From: a bacterium
Lineage (GTDB): Bacteria; UBA8248
DNA: 64,000 nucleotides
Reading direction: 5' to 3'
Assembly: GCA_965204535.1 (NCBI GenBank)
Contig: CBDBEV010000001.1
Span: 2,016,001-2,080,000 of the forward strand
Both the position numbers and the translations under genes were made by a program. Below the pieces are notes generated by a model. It saw only the letters and a list, made by a program, of their open reading frames with translations, ran no database searches and was not told the origin of the DNA. The first letter of the stretch is position 1; every line of letters starts with the position of its first letter. Below are positions 18,065 to 26,990 of the stretch, piece after piece.

Positions 18065-18835
18065 ATGCACTCGCATCATCGTTACAAAAATCCACCCATA
18101 GAAGAAGCGCTTTGTGAATTCCATTTTCAATCGGAGCAAGATTGGGATCCCACGATTCCTGGCAAATTACACAGCAAAGTTGTTGATAAATATGCTGGCA
18201 AGCCTCGGCAGCAAAAGGTCGTCGATGTAGGATTACAAATCCAGAAAGACAAACCTCCCAATCTAAGTTATGGCGAAGGGCTAGCACGGGTTCAGCTTGT
18301 CACAGAGAATGGAAAGAGAATGGTTGGGGTTGGACAAAATGTACTTAGCATTCACATGCTACGTCCTTATCAAGACTCTCAACATCCCGAGCACAGTGGA
18401 TGGGACGAGTTTCAGTCTCGAATCAAGCAGGCACTCGACGCGTATTGGAAAGTAGCGGAACCAAGAGGGATATTACGAATCGGTATTCGATATATCAATA
18501 AGATAGTGATTCCACAGGCGAAGGTGGAGGTTAACGACTACCTGAAATGTGCTCCGCCGGATGTAATTGAATTGCCGGATAGAATGAGAAACTATGGTAG
18601 CCGCGTGGAATATGTTTACGATGATGGAGTGCGTTTAGTCCTATCCAATGGTTTGATCAACGCGCCAATGAACAATATCGGACTAGTACTCGATCTTGAT
18701 GTCATTTGGGAAAATGCTACTCCAGTTATGAAAGATAAAGCAATGACGAAAGTAGAAGATCTGCGTAATCGCGAAAGAACTGCATTTGAAGCTGTTATTA
18801 CTGATAAAGCCAGGAAACTCTTCGATGCTGAGTGA
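18065..18835 (+). CDS. TIGR04255-family protein (function unknown)
   Basis: YKNPPIEEALCEFHF N-terminus, GWDEF, RIGIRYINKI, LDLDV, terminal FEAVITDKARKLF; about 250 aa; AT-rich. Confidence 0.85.
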   Translation: MHSHHRYKNPPIEEALCEFHFQSEQDWDPTIPGKLHSKVVDKYAGKPRQQKVVDVGLQIQKDKPPNLSYGEGLARVQLVTENGKRMVGVGQNVLSIHMLRPYQDSQHPEHSGWDEFQSRIKQALDAYWKVAEPRGILRIGIRYINKIVIPQAKVEVNDYLKCAPPDVIELPDRMRNYGSRVEYVYDDGVRLVLSNGLINAPMNNIGLVLDLDVIWENATPVMKDKAMTKVEDLRNRERTAFEAVITDKARKLFDAE

Positions 18836-19550
18836 AACTTACGAGCCATTGTCTTCCAGCGCTTCCACTTTAGACAACGACATTTTCGCTAATCTCCATC
18901 AATCGGGCATGCCTGATGATGATTTACCCTGGCTGGCTCCCGGAAAAGAATCACTTGGGGTCTCTGAAGCGGCTGTGTTGTTGGGAAAAGGAGTGAACGC
19001 CCCTGTGCGTAGTTCGTACTTAAAGTGGCAAATTGCGGGTGTGGGAGGCATGTTATTGGATGAGCAACTTTTCCCTATGCTCTTGGATATAGCCTGTTTC
19101 GAGCCGGAAACGAAACCGCAGACACTTATCGAGGATCAAGAACAACTACGACTTGCCACTAAATTGCAAGTGAGCTTTGAAGCTGATCCTCTGGAAGATG
19201 GGATGAGTCACCCTGCTGAACAAATTATTGAGGAGGCGTTGCGCAGTACAGAAGAGCGAAAGGTACTCGATTGGTTAAGAGTCTTGTCGTTGGATACTGA
19301 GTATCCAGGATTCTCTGCATCTGTTCTGCGGTGCCTAGGACGTCAGGCGGGGCCGGGCACGAGTTCATGGCGCACCGAATTCGTGCGCGATGCGTTGGCA
19401 TCGGATGATGTAGAGATTAGAGACGCTGCAGCACAAGCAGCGGAGTTGTGGGGCGACTTGGGGTTGATAGAAGTTCTGCAGTCGCACTTAGAAACGGAAC
19501 CATGGCTTCGAGACTACATTCAGGACATCATCGATAATTTACAGGAGTAG
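18825..19550 (+). CDS. Hypothetical protein with C-terminal HEAT-like helical repeats
   Basis: ATG overlaps the upstream stop; C-terminal ALASDDVEIRDAAAQAAELWG...ETEPWLRDYI is HEAT-like; acidic, low-structure N-terminus. Confidence 0.65.
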   Translation: MLSETYEPLSSSASTLDNDIFANLHQSGMPDDDLPWLAPGKESLGVSEAAVLLGKGVNAPVRSSYLKWQIAGVGGMLLDEQLFPMLLDIACFEPETKPQTLIEDQEQLRLATKLQVSFEADPLEDGMSHPAEQIIEEALRSTEERKVLDWLRVLSLDTEYPGFSASVLRCLGRQAGPGTSSWRTEFVRDALASDDVEIRDAAAQAAELWGDLGLIEVLQSHLETEPWLRDYIQDIIDNLQE

Positions 19551-19553
19551 GTG

Positions 19554-20069
19554 ATGTTCCTGGCTCGCAAAATCTCCCGCGCAAAGTGGGGGCCTAAGAA
19601 AGGGTTGTCGAAAGACGAAATCCAGGCTGACGCGATAACCGGGGATATGCGGACAAAAGACAATGCGTTGTCCTTTTGGGAGTGCGGTGACGGAGCAGAA
19701 ACTGAAGTCGAAGAGGTAGCGTTAGTGCTCGCCGCCGCTAGCGAACGTATAGACAAGATTGACATCGTTTGGCTTTCCGATGATGAGCTAAGAGCTGATG
19801 GTCATTCTTTAAACCATACCAAAGGACGTACACCCGTCAAGGAATTGATTGAACGGCACGTCGATGTTTCCCGGCTTGACTATAGCCGTCTCGGGAAAGT
19901 TGCTTCTCGTGTGGTAAATGCAATCGAACAAAAACACTTCCGTCGTCTTGCGAAAGACCGTGTTAAAAATCTTCTTGTAGCGGCAGTCAAAGAAAACCGG
20001 GTCGAACTCGCCGACCTTGAGGAGCGTGTTCGAACAGAAGTGTGCGAATTACTCGAAACGAAGCAATAA
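19554..20069 (+). CDS. Hypothetical protein, possible ADP-ribosyltransferase-like fold
   Basis: FLARKISRAKW...ADAITGDMRTKDNALSFW...GRTP...HVDV; AGGAG RBS lies inside the upstream gene's end. The gene call is strong, the fold call is inference. Confidence 0.6.
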   Translation: MFLARKISRAKWGPKKGLSKDEIQADAITGDMRTKDNALSFWECGDGAETEVEEVALVLAAASERIDKIDIVWLSDDELRADGHSLNHTKGRTPVKELIERHVDVSRLDYSRLGKVASRVVNAIEQKHFRRLAKDRVKNLLVAAVKENRVELADLEERVRTEVCELLETKQ

Positions 20070-20238
20070 AATCTCTCTTAATGTTCAGCTTTGACTTCCA
20101 AATGTAGGTATTGAGCTAGTTTTATCCCAAATTGCGAATTCATTTCGGCAGCTCATATCTCTCCCATACCGCTTTGTTTGACACGCTATTTGGCAGGAAA
20201 TTAAAGACAGTCAGAAGGCTTGCCGAGAACCCAGAAGT

Positions 20239-20469
20239 TCACCTCTTCCTGATAACAACGCGCACGCGGCCCTCGTCATCCGGCGTTGCGCTCCGGATGG
20301 TGTGGCCCTCGGCGGCGGCGCTTCCGGAGACGCTGGTGGCGGCCTCGCCGGGGTCGAGCCATACTTCGAGCGTATCGCCCGGCGCCATCGCCTCGAGCGC
20401 GAGCTTGGTTCGCACCCAGTTCATGGGGCAGAGTTCGCCCGTGAGGTCGATGGTTTTGGCGCGGCTCAT
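20239..20469 (-). CDS. TusA/SirA-family sulfur carrier
   Basis: IDLTGELCPMN...LEVWLD; 76 aa. Confidence 0.88.
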   Translation of the reverse strand: MSRAKTIDLTGELCPMNWVRTKLALEAMAPGDTLEVWLDPGEAATSVSGSAAAEGHTIRSATPDDEGRVRVVIRKR

Positions 20470-20496
20470 TTTCAGGCTCCTCGTGAGGTTCGTCCG

Positions 20497-21231
20497 ATGT
20501 CCGATATTGCCATCTTTTTGACCGGAACGGGAACCGGCGTGGGAAAGACGGTGGCGGGCTGCGTCATCGCGGCCCGTTGGGCGGCTGATGAAAGAAGCCC
20601 CAGGATGATGAAGCCCGCCGAATCGGGCTGCTCCCGCGAGGGCGGGCGCCTCGTTCCCGCAGACGCCCTCGCCTTAAAGACGGCGTCGGGCGATCCGAGG
20701 CCGCTGGAGGAGATTTGCCCCTACAGATACGAAGTCCCACTCACGCCCGCTCATGCGGCGGAACGCGAGGGCGCGCCGCCGGATGCGGGGCGCATCGCCG
20801 CGCAGGTAGAGGCGCTCAAAAAAGAAGGCGGCCCCCTGCTCGTCGAGGGGGCGGGCGGTCTTCTCGCCCCTTTGGCCGAAGGCGTCTTGATGAGCGATCT
20901 GGCGCGCCGCGCGAATCTGGCCTTGGTGATAGTCGCCCCGCTGGGGCTGGGAACCATCAACCATACCCTTTTGAGCGTGCGGGAGGCGAAGAGGCAGGGT
21001 CTTGCGATTCTGGGCGTCATCCTCGCCGACACGACGGGAGAGGCCACGCCGGCGACGAAGCGAAATCCTGCCGCCATCGCCGAGCTTTGCGGGGCGGACG
21101 CCCCGCTGTTGGGTGTGATCCCCTATCTGGCGGATGTAGAAGAGATTATCGCGCGCGCCGCCCCGGGAACCGAGGCCGCAGGCAGGCTCCTGCGTCTGGC
21201 GGAGGGCTTGAGGCTGGAAGCGCTCGGCTAG
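20497..21231 (+). CDS. bioD: Dethiobiotin synthase
   Basis: FLTGTGTGVGKT, KPAESG, VEGAGG, LGTINHT. Confidence 0.93.
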   Translation: MSDIAIFLTGTGTGVGKTVAGCVIAARWAADERSPRMMKPAESGCSREGGRLVPADALALKTASGDPRPLEEICPYRYEVPLTPAHAAEREGAPPDAGRIAAQVEALKKEGGPLLVEGAGGLLAPLAEGVLMSDLARRANLALVIVAPLGLGTINHTLLSVREAKRQGLAILGVILADTTGEATPATKRNPAAIAELCGADAPLLGVIPYLADVEEIIARAAPGTEAAGRLLRLAEGLRLEALG

Positions 21232-21246
21232 CGGAGTGAATTCCTG

Positions 21247-22233
21247 CTACGCGTGAACGCGCCTGCGAAGGGATTCCACCTGCTCGGGCGTGCCCAGGGC
21301 ATAGAGGTGGTCGCCCGCCTGGATTTCAAAATCGGGCCCCGGGTTGAAGCGCATCTCCCCGCTGTTGTGGCGGATGGAGAGCAGGTACACGCCGGTCTCC
21401 TGGCTGATCTTCGATTCCCTGAGCGCCATGCCGACGAGGTCCGAGCCTTCGGGCACGGTCACTTCGTCGAAGTCCAGGTCCGTCGTCGCGTGGCCGATCA
21501 CCTCGTCGAGAAAGCCGGCGAGCTTGGGCCTCAGAACGGACTGCGCGATGCGCATGCCGCCCATGATGTAGGGCGAGACCACGTGGTTCGCGCCCGCCGC
21601 CTCCATCTTGCCGATGGAACTCTCGAGCGCCGCGCGGCTCAGGATGAAGAGATCGGGGTTCAGCGCCCGCGCCGAGAGGGTGACGAACACGTTTTCCGCG
21701 TCGGTGGCCAGGGCGCAGACGAGGCTCCTGGCCTTCTCCACGTGCGCCTCCATGAGGGTTTCATCCAGCGTGGCGTCGCCGAGGAGCACCAGGCGCCCCT
21801 CCTGATCGAGGTGCGCGGCGATGGACGCGTCGTTCTCGATGATGACGTGGGGCAGCGACTCTCTGGCGTATTCCGCCGCGACGGTGGAGCCGATGCGCCC
21901 GTACCCGCAGATGATGTGATGGTTTTCGAGTTTGTCGAGTTCTTTCACCAGTTTTCGCCTCCCGAAAATCTGACGCACCCTCTCTTCGAACCTCACCTCG
22001 GCGATGATGGCGATTCCGTAGAACACCAAGCCTACGCCCACGACGATGAGCGCCACGGTGAACATGCGCCCTGCCGTGCTCAGTTCACGCACCTCGTCGA
22101 AGCCTACGGTCGTGACGGTGATCATCGTCATATAGAATGACTCGACGAGAGACCATCCCTCAATCAGGGTATAGCCGGCTGTGCCAACGATGGTGATGCC
22201 GAGCAGGGATGCGGCAATGTAGCCTATACGCAA
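21247..22233 (-). CDS. 2-TM potassium channel with RCK (TrkA-N/TrkA-C) domains
   Basis: TM - pore helix YMTMITVTTVGFDEV - TM; ICGYGRIG; GDAT; VVSPY. Confidence 0.9.
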   Translation of the reverse strand: MRIGYIAASLLGITIVGTAGYTLIEGWSLVESFYMTMITVTTVGFDEVRELSTAGRMFTVALIVVGVGLVFYGIAIIAEVRFEERVRQIFGRRKLVKELDKLENHHIICGYGRIGSTVAAEYARESLPHVIIENDASIAAHLDQEGRLVLLGDATLDETLMEAHVEKARSLVCALATDAENVFVTLSARALNPDLFILSRAALESSIGKMEAAGANHVVSPYIMGGMRIAQSVLRPKLAGFLDEVIGHATTDLDFDEVTVPEGSDLVGMALRESKISQETGVYLLSIRHNSGEMRFNPGPDFEIQAGDHLYALGTPEQVESLRRRVHA

Positions 22234-22345
22234 GGTTTTCCGCGCCTTCTATGAATCATCCGTTCTTCTTTCAATTTGTTCGGTCATGGATTTTAACCGC
22301 CGTGGGGTCGCGATGGCGAGGAGGGCCGAGGCGATCGGGATCGCC

Positions 22346-23272
22346 CTATTTCTTCATCGCCAAATCGAACAACGCGCTCCCGAGCCTCTCCCTGGCTTCG
22401 GCGCGGATGGGTTCCGTGGCCTCCGTGAACGCAGCACGCTCCGCATCCGTCAGATCCACGAAGGAAACGCCCTCTTCTTCGAGGCTCCGGCGAATGGCGA
22501 TCTCCCCCGCCTGGGCGGCCTCTCTTTGGTAATCGATGGCTTCTCGGATGCACGCGAGCGCCGCCTCTTGGACCTGCGCGGGCCAGGCATTGAAGCTCGC
22601 CTGGTGGGCGAGCAGGGCGCGCGCCCCATAGAAGTGCCCGCTCATCGTGATGCGCCTTTGGTGGTTCGTGACGCCGTAGGTCACGGTGTTGGAAAGCGGG
22701 TTTTCCTGCGCGTCCACCTCGCCCGATTCGATCATGGCGATTCCTTCCTTGAGCTCCACCGGCACGGGCTCGGCTCCCAGGAGTTCGAAGGTCCTGACGT
22801 GCGTCTCGTTGGGCTGCAGGCGGATTCTGAGACCCCGGCAGTCTTCGGGCCTCCTCACGTCGCGGACGCTGTTCGAGAGGTGGCGGAAGCCGTTGTCCCA
22901 AAAGCCGAGGTTCTTGTAGCCCGTCTGCGCCTCGATTCGCTCGCTCAGGTGCGCGCCGAGCGCGCCGTCGAGCGCGCCGTAGGCGTGGGCGGAATCCCCG
23001 AAGGTGAAGGGCAGGTCGACGATCTCGAGTTCGGGCACCCTGTCGGCGAGATAGCTCGTCGAGAAATAGCACATGCCGAGCATGCCGCATTCCACCATGG
23101 CGAGGAGGTCGGGCGCGCCGTAGCCGAAATCCATCACGTTCCAGAAAATGTCTATTTTGACTTCCTCCCCCAGCCGCTCGCTCATCTTCTCCCTGAAGAG
23201 GACCATCGCGCGGCTGTGGGAGGTGTCGGGCGGAGAATAGCCCCCGATGCGGATGTGGACGGGCCCTGCCAT
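22346..23272 (-). CDS. dctP: TRAP transporter substrate-binding protein (DctP family)
   Basis: DLPFTF, WDNGFRH, GLRIR, LGAEPVP, VDAQENP. Confidence 0.88.
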   Translation of the reverse strand: MAGPVHIRIGGYSPPDTSHSRAMVLFREKMSERLGEEVKIDIFWNVMDFGYGAPDLLAMVECGMLGMCYFSTSYLADRVPELEIVDLPFTFGDSAHAYGALDGALGAHLSERIEAQTGYKNLGFWDNGFRHLSNSVRDVRRPEDCRGLRIRLQPNETHVRTFELLGAEPVPVELKEGIAMIESGEVDAQENPLSNTVTYGVTNHQRRITMSGHFYGARALLAHQASFNAWPAQVQEAALACIREAIDYQREAAQAGEIAIRRSLEEEGVSFVDLTDAERAAFTEATEPIRAEARERLGSALFDLAMKK

Positions 23273-23480
23273 CGGAAATCGCTCCTTATCAAAGATTGAA
23301 GGATGATGTGTGTTTGAAAAGCGCGACCATATCACATATATCCTCTCTCGCCGATGGAAGGGCGGATGCTTTTTTTATCGTCATACGGGTTCTCGAAACA
23401 CCGCCTCGGGTCTTGACGCATTCGTTCCGCTGGGGCATGTTCCATCCTCTGATTTGTCTTTGGAATCAAGGAGATTGAAA

Positions 23481-24086
23481 ATGTCTTCACTTCAAGCGCA
23501 GCTTTTCGTGGAAACCGCTTCCGTCACGCTGAACCGCTTAACGAAGGACTTGCAGAAAGAGTTCGAGCCCAAGAAGGGGGATCGGTTCAACGTCGAGGGC
23601 ATCACCTACGAGATCGGCCCGCCGAAATTCGTGGATTCGGACAAGGCGATTCGCTTCGAGATCAGCTCGAAGATACCCGGTGAAGAACTGCCTGCTTCCT
23701 ACGATCACGCCAAGTATTTCAAACAGATCGAGAAACGCAACAAATCGGCGAAAAAACCCGTTTCCGCCGACATGGAGAACATCGTCCGCGAGACGCGCGA
23801 CCAGGAGAGAAAAGAAAGGGATTACGTGAAGCTCACATATCAGTATGCGGAGAATGAGCTTTACGACAACCGGGAAATCCTCAAGGACATCGAGGCGGTT
23901 GCGAAAGGCTCAAGCAATGAGGAAATGCCGCCCAAAGTCCCGGGCGTCACCACACTGGCGGGCCGCCTGATACTCGAACGGGTGCAATCCTCCCTGTACG
24001 AGGTGGCGAAAGGGAACGTCGAGTCGCTCATCGACGCGAACGCGAAAGTGCGCGAGGAACTGAAAAAAAGCGCAAAGAAGAAGTAG
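23481..24086 (+). CDS. Hypothetical cytoplasmic protein
   Basis: AAGGAG RBS; host-like codon pattern; highly charged; no recognised motif. Confidence 0.75.
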   Translation: MSSLQAQLFVETASVTLNRLTKDLQKEFEPKKGDRFNVEGITYEIGPPKFVDSDKAIRFEISSKIPGEELPASYDHAKYFKQIEKRNKSAKKPVSADMENIVRETRDQERKERDYVKLTYQYAENELYDNREILKDIEAVAKGSSNEEMPPKVPGVTTLAGRLILERVQSSLYEVAKGNVESLIDANAKVREELKKSAKKK

Positions 24087-24095
24087 GCCCGCGCT

Positions 24096-25313
24096 ATGGC
24101 CCTGCGCCTCGTGGGCGTGACGGCGCATACGCCGCTCGAGAGAATGGCGGACGCCCTCCTCGTTATCGAGGAGGGCGTTTTGTCGTATGTGGGGCCGCGC
24201 GGCGCGCTTCCCCCGGCCCCCGAAGACGAGACGCTCGACCTCGGGGGCGCGCTGGTGTGCCCCGGCTTCGTGGATCTTCAGGTGAACGGCCTGGGCGCGG
24301 ATGCGCTGCTCGCGGCGGACGCCGCCGGCGTGCGGCGCATCGCCCGGGAGTTGGCGAGGCGCGGAACGACCGCTTTTCTGCCCACACTCACCACGGCTTC
24401 CCGGGGCGAGTTGATCGACGCGGCCTGCGCGGTGAGCGAAGCGTGGGCCCTTCAGCAAGAAGAAGCCTGCGCCGAGGCGCGCATCCTGGGCGTTCACCTG
24501 GAGGGGCCGTATCTGGAGCCGGAGATGAGGGGGGCGCATCCGCGAGATCAGGTTCGCCCTCCCTCGGAAGAAGAGGTCGAGGCTATCGCGCGAGCCGCCG
24601 GGGGGTGGGGCGTGGGCGGCGCGCCTGGCTTGGCGATGGTCACGCTCTCCCCGGGCGTGGCGGGCGCGGCGGATTTCACGCGCTGGCTGGCCGAGAAGGG
24701 CGTCGTTCCCGCCATGGGCCACACCTGGGCTTCAGCCGCTTGCGTGGAGGCGTTTCTGGAGGCGGGCGGCGCGTTCGCGGTCCATGCGTTCAATCGCTAC
24801 GGCCAACCGGAGACGCCCGCGCACAGGAGCGCCTCGCCGATGGATTACGTGCAGAACGACGGGAGGCTTTTCGCCGGCCTGATTGCGGACGGCGTGCACG
24901 TGGCACAGCAATCGCTCGCGTCGTTCGTTCGCGCCAGGGGCTGGGAGCGCACGGTCCTGACCTCGGACCTGGTGGCCGACAGGGGCTTGAGGCCCCGAGC
25001 CGGCCAGGATAAGACGAGCGGCGAGACGCCGGGCGACGCGGTGATGCGCGAGGGCGTATTGACCGGCAGCCGCCTCGCGCTCTCGGGGATGCTCCCCCGG
25101 CTCAGGCATTGGTGCGGGCTCGACTCTGCCAGCGCCCTGGCGACGGCCACGCGAAACCCCGCGCGCGTGCTCGGCATGGAATCCGCATGGGGCCGTCTCG
25201 CCCCGGGTCTGTCCGCCGATATTTGCGTTCTCGAACCCGGTTCCCTGGAGCCGATCGCCGCGATGATAGGCGGGAAATGGGCGTCGGGCGCGCCGCCGAT
25301 TGCAGGCGAATGA
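24096..25313 (+). CDS. nagA: N-acetylglucosamine-6-phosphate deacetylase
   Basis: PGFVDLQVNG, GTTAFLPT, GVHLEGPY, GAH, MGHT, HAFN, IADGVH, LTSD. Confidence 0.85.
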   Translation: MALRLVGVTAHTPLERMADALLVIEEGVLSYVGPRGALPPAPEDETLDLGGALVCPGFVDLQVNGLGADALLAADAAGVRRIARELARRGTTAFLPTLTTASRGELIDAACAVSEAWALQQEEACAEARILGVHLEGPYLEPEMRGAHPRDQVRPPSEEEVEAIARAAGGWGVGGAPGLAMVTLSPGVAGAADFTRWLAEKGVVPAMGHTWASAACVEAFLEAGGAFAVHAFNRYGQPETPAHRSASPMDYVQNDGRLFAGLIADGVHVAQQSLASFVRARGWERTVLTSDLVADRGLRPRAGQDKTSGETPGDAVMREGVLTGSRLALSGMLPRLRHWCGLDSASALATATRNPARVLGMESAWGRLAPGLSADICVLEPGSLEPIAAMIGGKWASGAPPIAGE

Positions 25314-25379
25314 AGATTCGCCCATAATTCGCTTTGCTGCTATGATCGACGGTCGAGCAGAATCCGCCTTGGGCAGTCC

Positions 25380-26990
25380 ATGATGTATGACGTCATATTT
25401 CACCATGCCATGATATTCGATGGTCTGGGCGACCTCCCGTATGAAGGCGCGCTCGCCGTTCGCGGAGACGCCATCGCGGAGGTCGGTCCCGAAGTGAGCG
25501 GCTCCGCCCGTCGAGAGATCGACGCGAGGGGCCTAGCCTTGAGTCCCGGGTTCGTCGACATTCACGGACATTCGGATTATTACCTCCTCATCAATCCCGA
25601 GGCGCACGCGAAGGTCCGCCAGGGGGTGACGACCGACGTGGGGGGCAACTGCGGTTACGCCGCCTCGCCGATTCACGGGGCCGAGGCCGAGGAGCGCAAG
25701 AAATGGTATCGGGAGCAATTCGACCTGGAACTCCCGTTTCAGAGCGTAGGCGGGCACCTCGACCATGTGGACGAGGTGGGCGTATCGATCAACTACGCCC
25801 ATCTGGTCGGCCACAACACGATTCGCGCGAGCGTGATGGGGGGCGAGGCGCGCCCGGCCCGCGCGGAGGAACTCGCCGCGATGGAAGGGATGCTCTCCGC
25901 GGGAATGGAGCAGGGGGCTTTCGGCCTCTCCACCGGATTGGTATACGCCCCGGCCTGTTTCGCGGATAAGGACGAACTCACGGCCCTTTGCCGGGTCTCG
26001 GCGCGGGGAGGGGGATTGCTGGCCACCCACATGCGCAGCGAGGGAGACGGTTTGCTCGAAGCGATGGACGAGGTGATAAGTGCTGCCGCATCGGCGGGGC
26101 TGCCGCTTCAGATCAGCCATTTGAAGACGGCGGGCGAGCGGAATTGGGAAAAGCTCGATGAGGCCTTCGAGCGCATCGAGCGCGCGCGCGCGAGGGGGGA
26201 GGACGTGACCTGCGATCGCTATCCATACACGGCCTCGAACACCCACCTGAGCGCATTGTTGCCGGATTGGGCGCATGACGGCGCTCTCGGTGAGAAGGTG
26301 GAGCGCCTCGCGAATCCGGACACCCGGGCGAAGATTCGGGACGAAATCGCACGAGCGCACCCCGAATCTTCCTATTGGGAGAACATCCTGATCAGCCGCG
26401 TCTTCACGGAGGCGAACCAGCCTTGCGAGGGTCTCACGCTCGCCCGCCTGGGCGATGCCCGGAATGCGGCCCCTGTGGATGCGATGCTCGATTTGCTGAT
26501 CGAGGAGAGCATGAACGTCGAGATTCTCATTTTCATGATGAGTCCCGAGAACATGCGCCGCATTCTCCAGAAACCCTACGTCATGGTGGGTTCGGACGCG
26601 GGCGCGCTCTCGCACGAGCCTCCCCTGGGCGCGGGACGGCCGCACCCAAGAAATTTCGGCACCTTTCCCTTCGTCCTGGGCGCGCTGGCGCGAGACGAGG
26701 GGCTCTTCCCGATGGCCGAGGCGATACGGAAGATGACCTCCGCTCCCTCAGCGCGGCTGGGCATGGCGGATCGGGGACGACTCTCGGTCGGAATGAAGGC
26801 CGACCTCGTTTTGTTCGACCCTGAGGAGATACGCGATGAGTGCACCTATGAACGCCCCATTGCATATCCCTCGGGAATCGAGATGGTTCTCGTGAACGGA
26901 GAGGTCGTCGTAGAGGGTGGAAGCCATACCGGGGCGCGCCCCGGCCGTGCCCTGCGCAAACTCTCGCGACGGGAGACGGCGAATGTTTGA
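25380..26990 (+). CDS. N-acyl-D-amino-acid deacylase (D-aminoacylase)
   Basis: PGFVDIHGHSD, GNCG, HMRSEG, QISHLK, YPYTAS, GSD, PHPRNFGTFP. Confidence 0.9.
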   Translation: MMYDVIFHHAMIFDGLGDLPYEGALAVRGDAIAEVGPEVSGSARREIDARGLALSPGFVDIHGHSDYYLLINPEAHAKVRQGVTTDVGGNCGYAASPIHGAEAEERKKWYREQFDLELPFQSVGGHLDHVDEVGVSINYAHLVGHNTIRASVMGGEARPARAEELAAMEGMLSAGMEQGAFGLSTGLVYAPACFADKDELTALCRVSARGGGLLATHMRSEGDGLLEAMDEVISAAASAGLPLQISHLKTAGERNWEKLDEAFERIERARARGEDVTCDRYPYTASNTHLSALLPDWAHDGALGEKVERLANPDTRAKIRDEIARAHPESSYWENILISRVFTEANQPCEGLTLARLGDARNAAPVDAMLDLLIEESMNVEILIFMMSPENMRRILQKPYVMVGSDAGALSHEPPLGAGRPHPRNFGTFPFVLGALARDEGLFPMAEAIRKMTSAPSARLGMADRGRLSVGMKADLVLFDPEEIRDECTYERPIAYPSGIEMVLVNGEVVVEGGSHTGARPGRALRKLSRRETANV

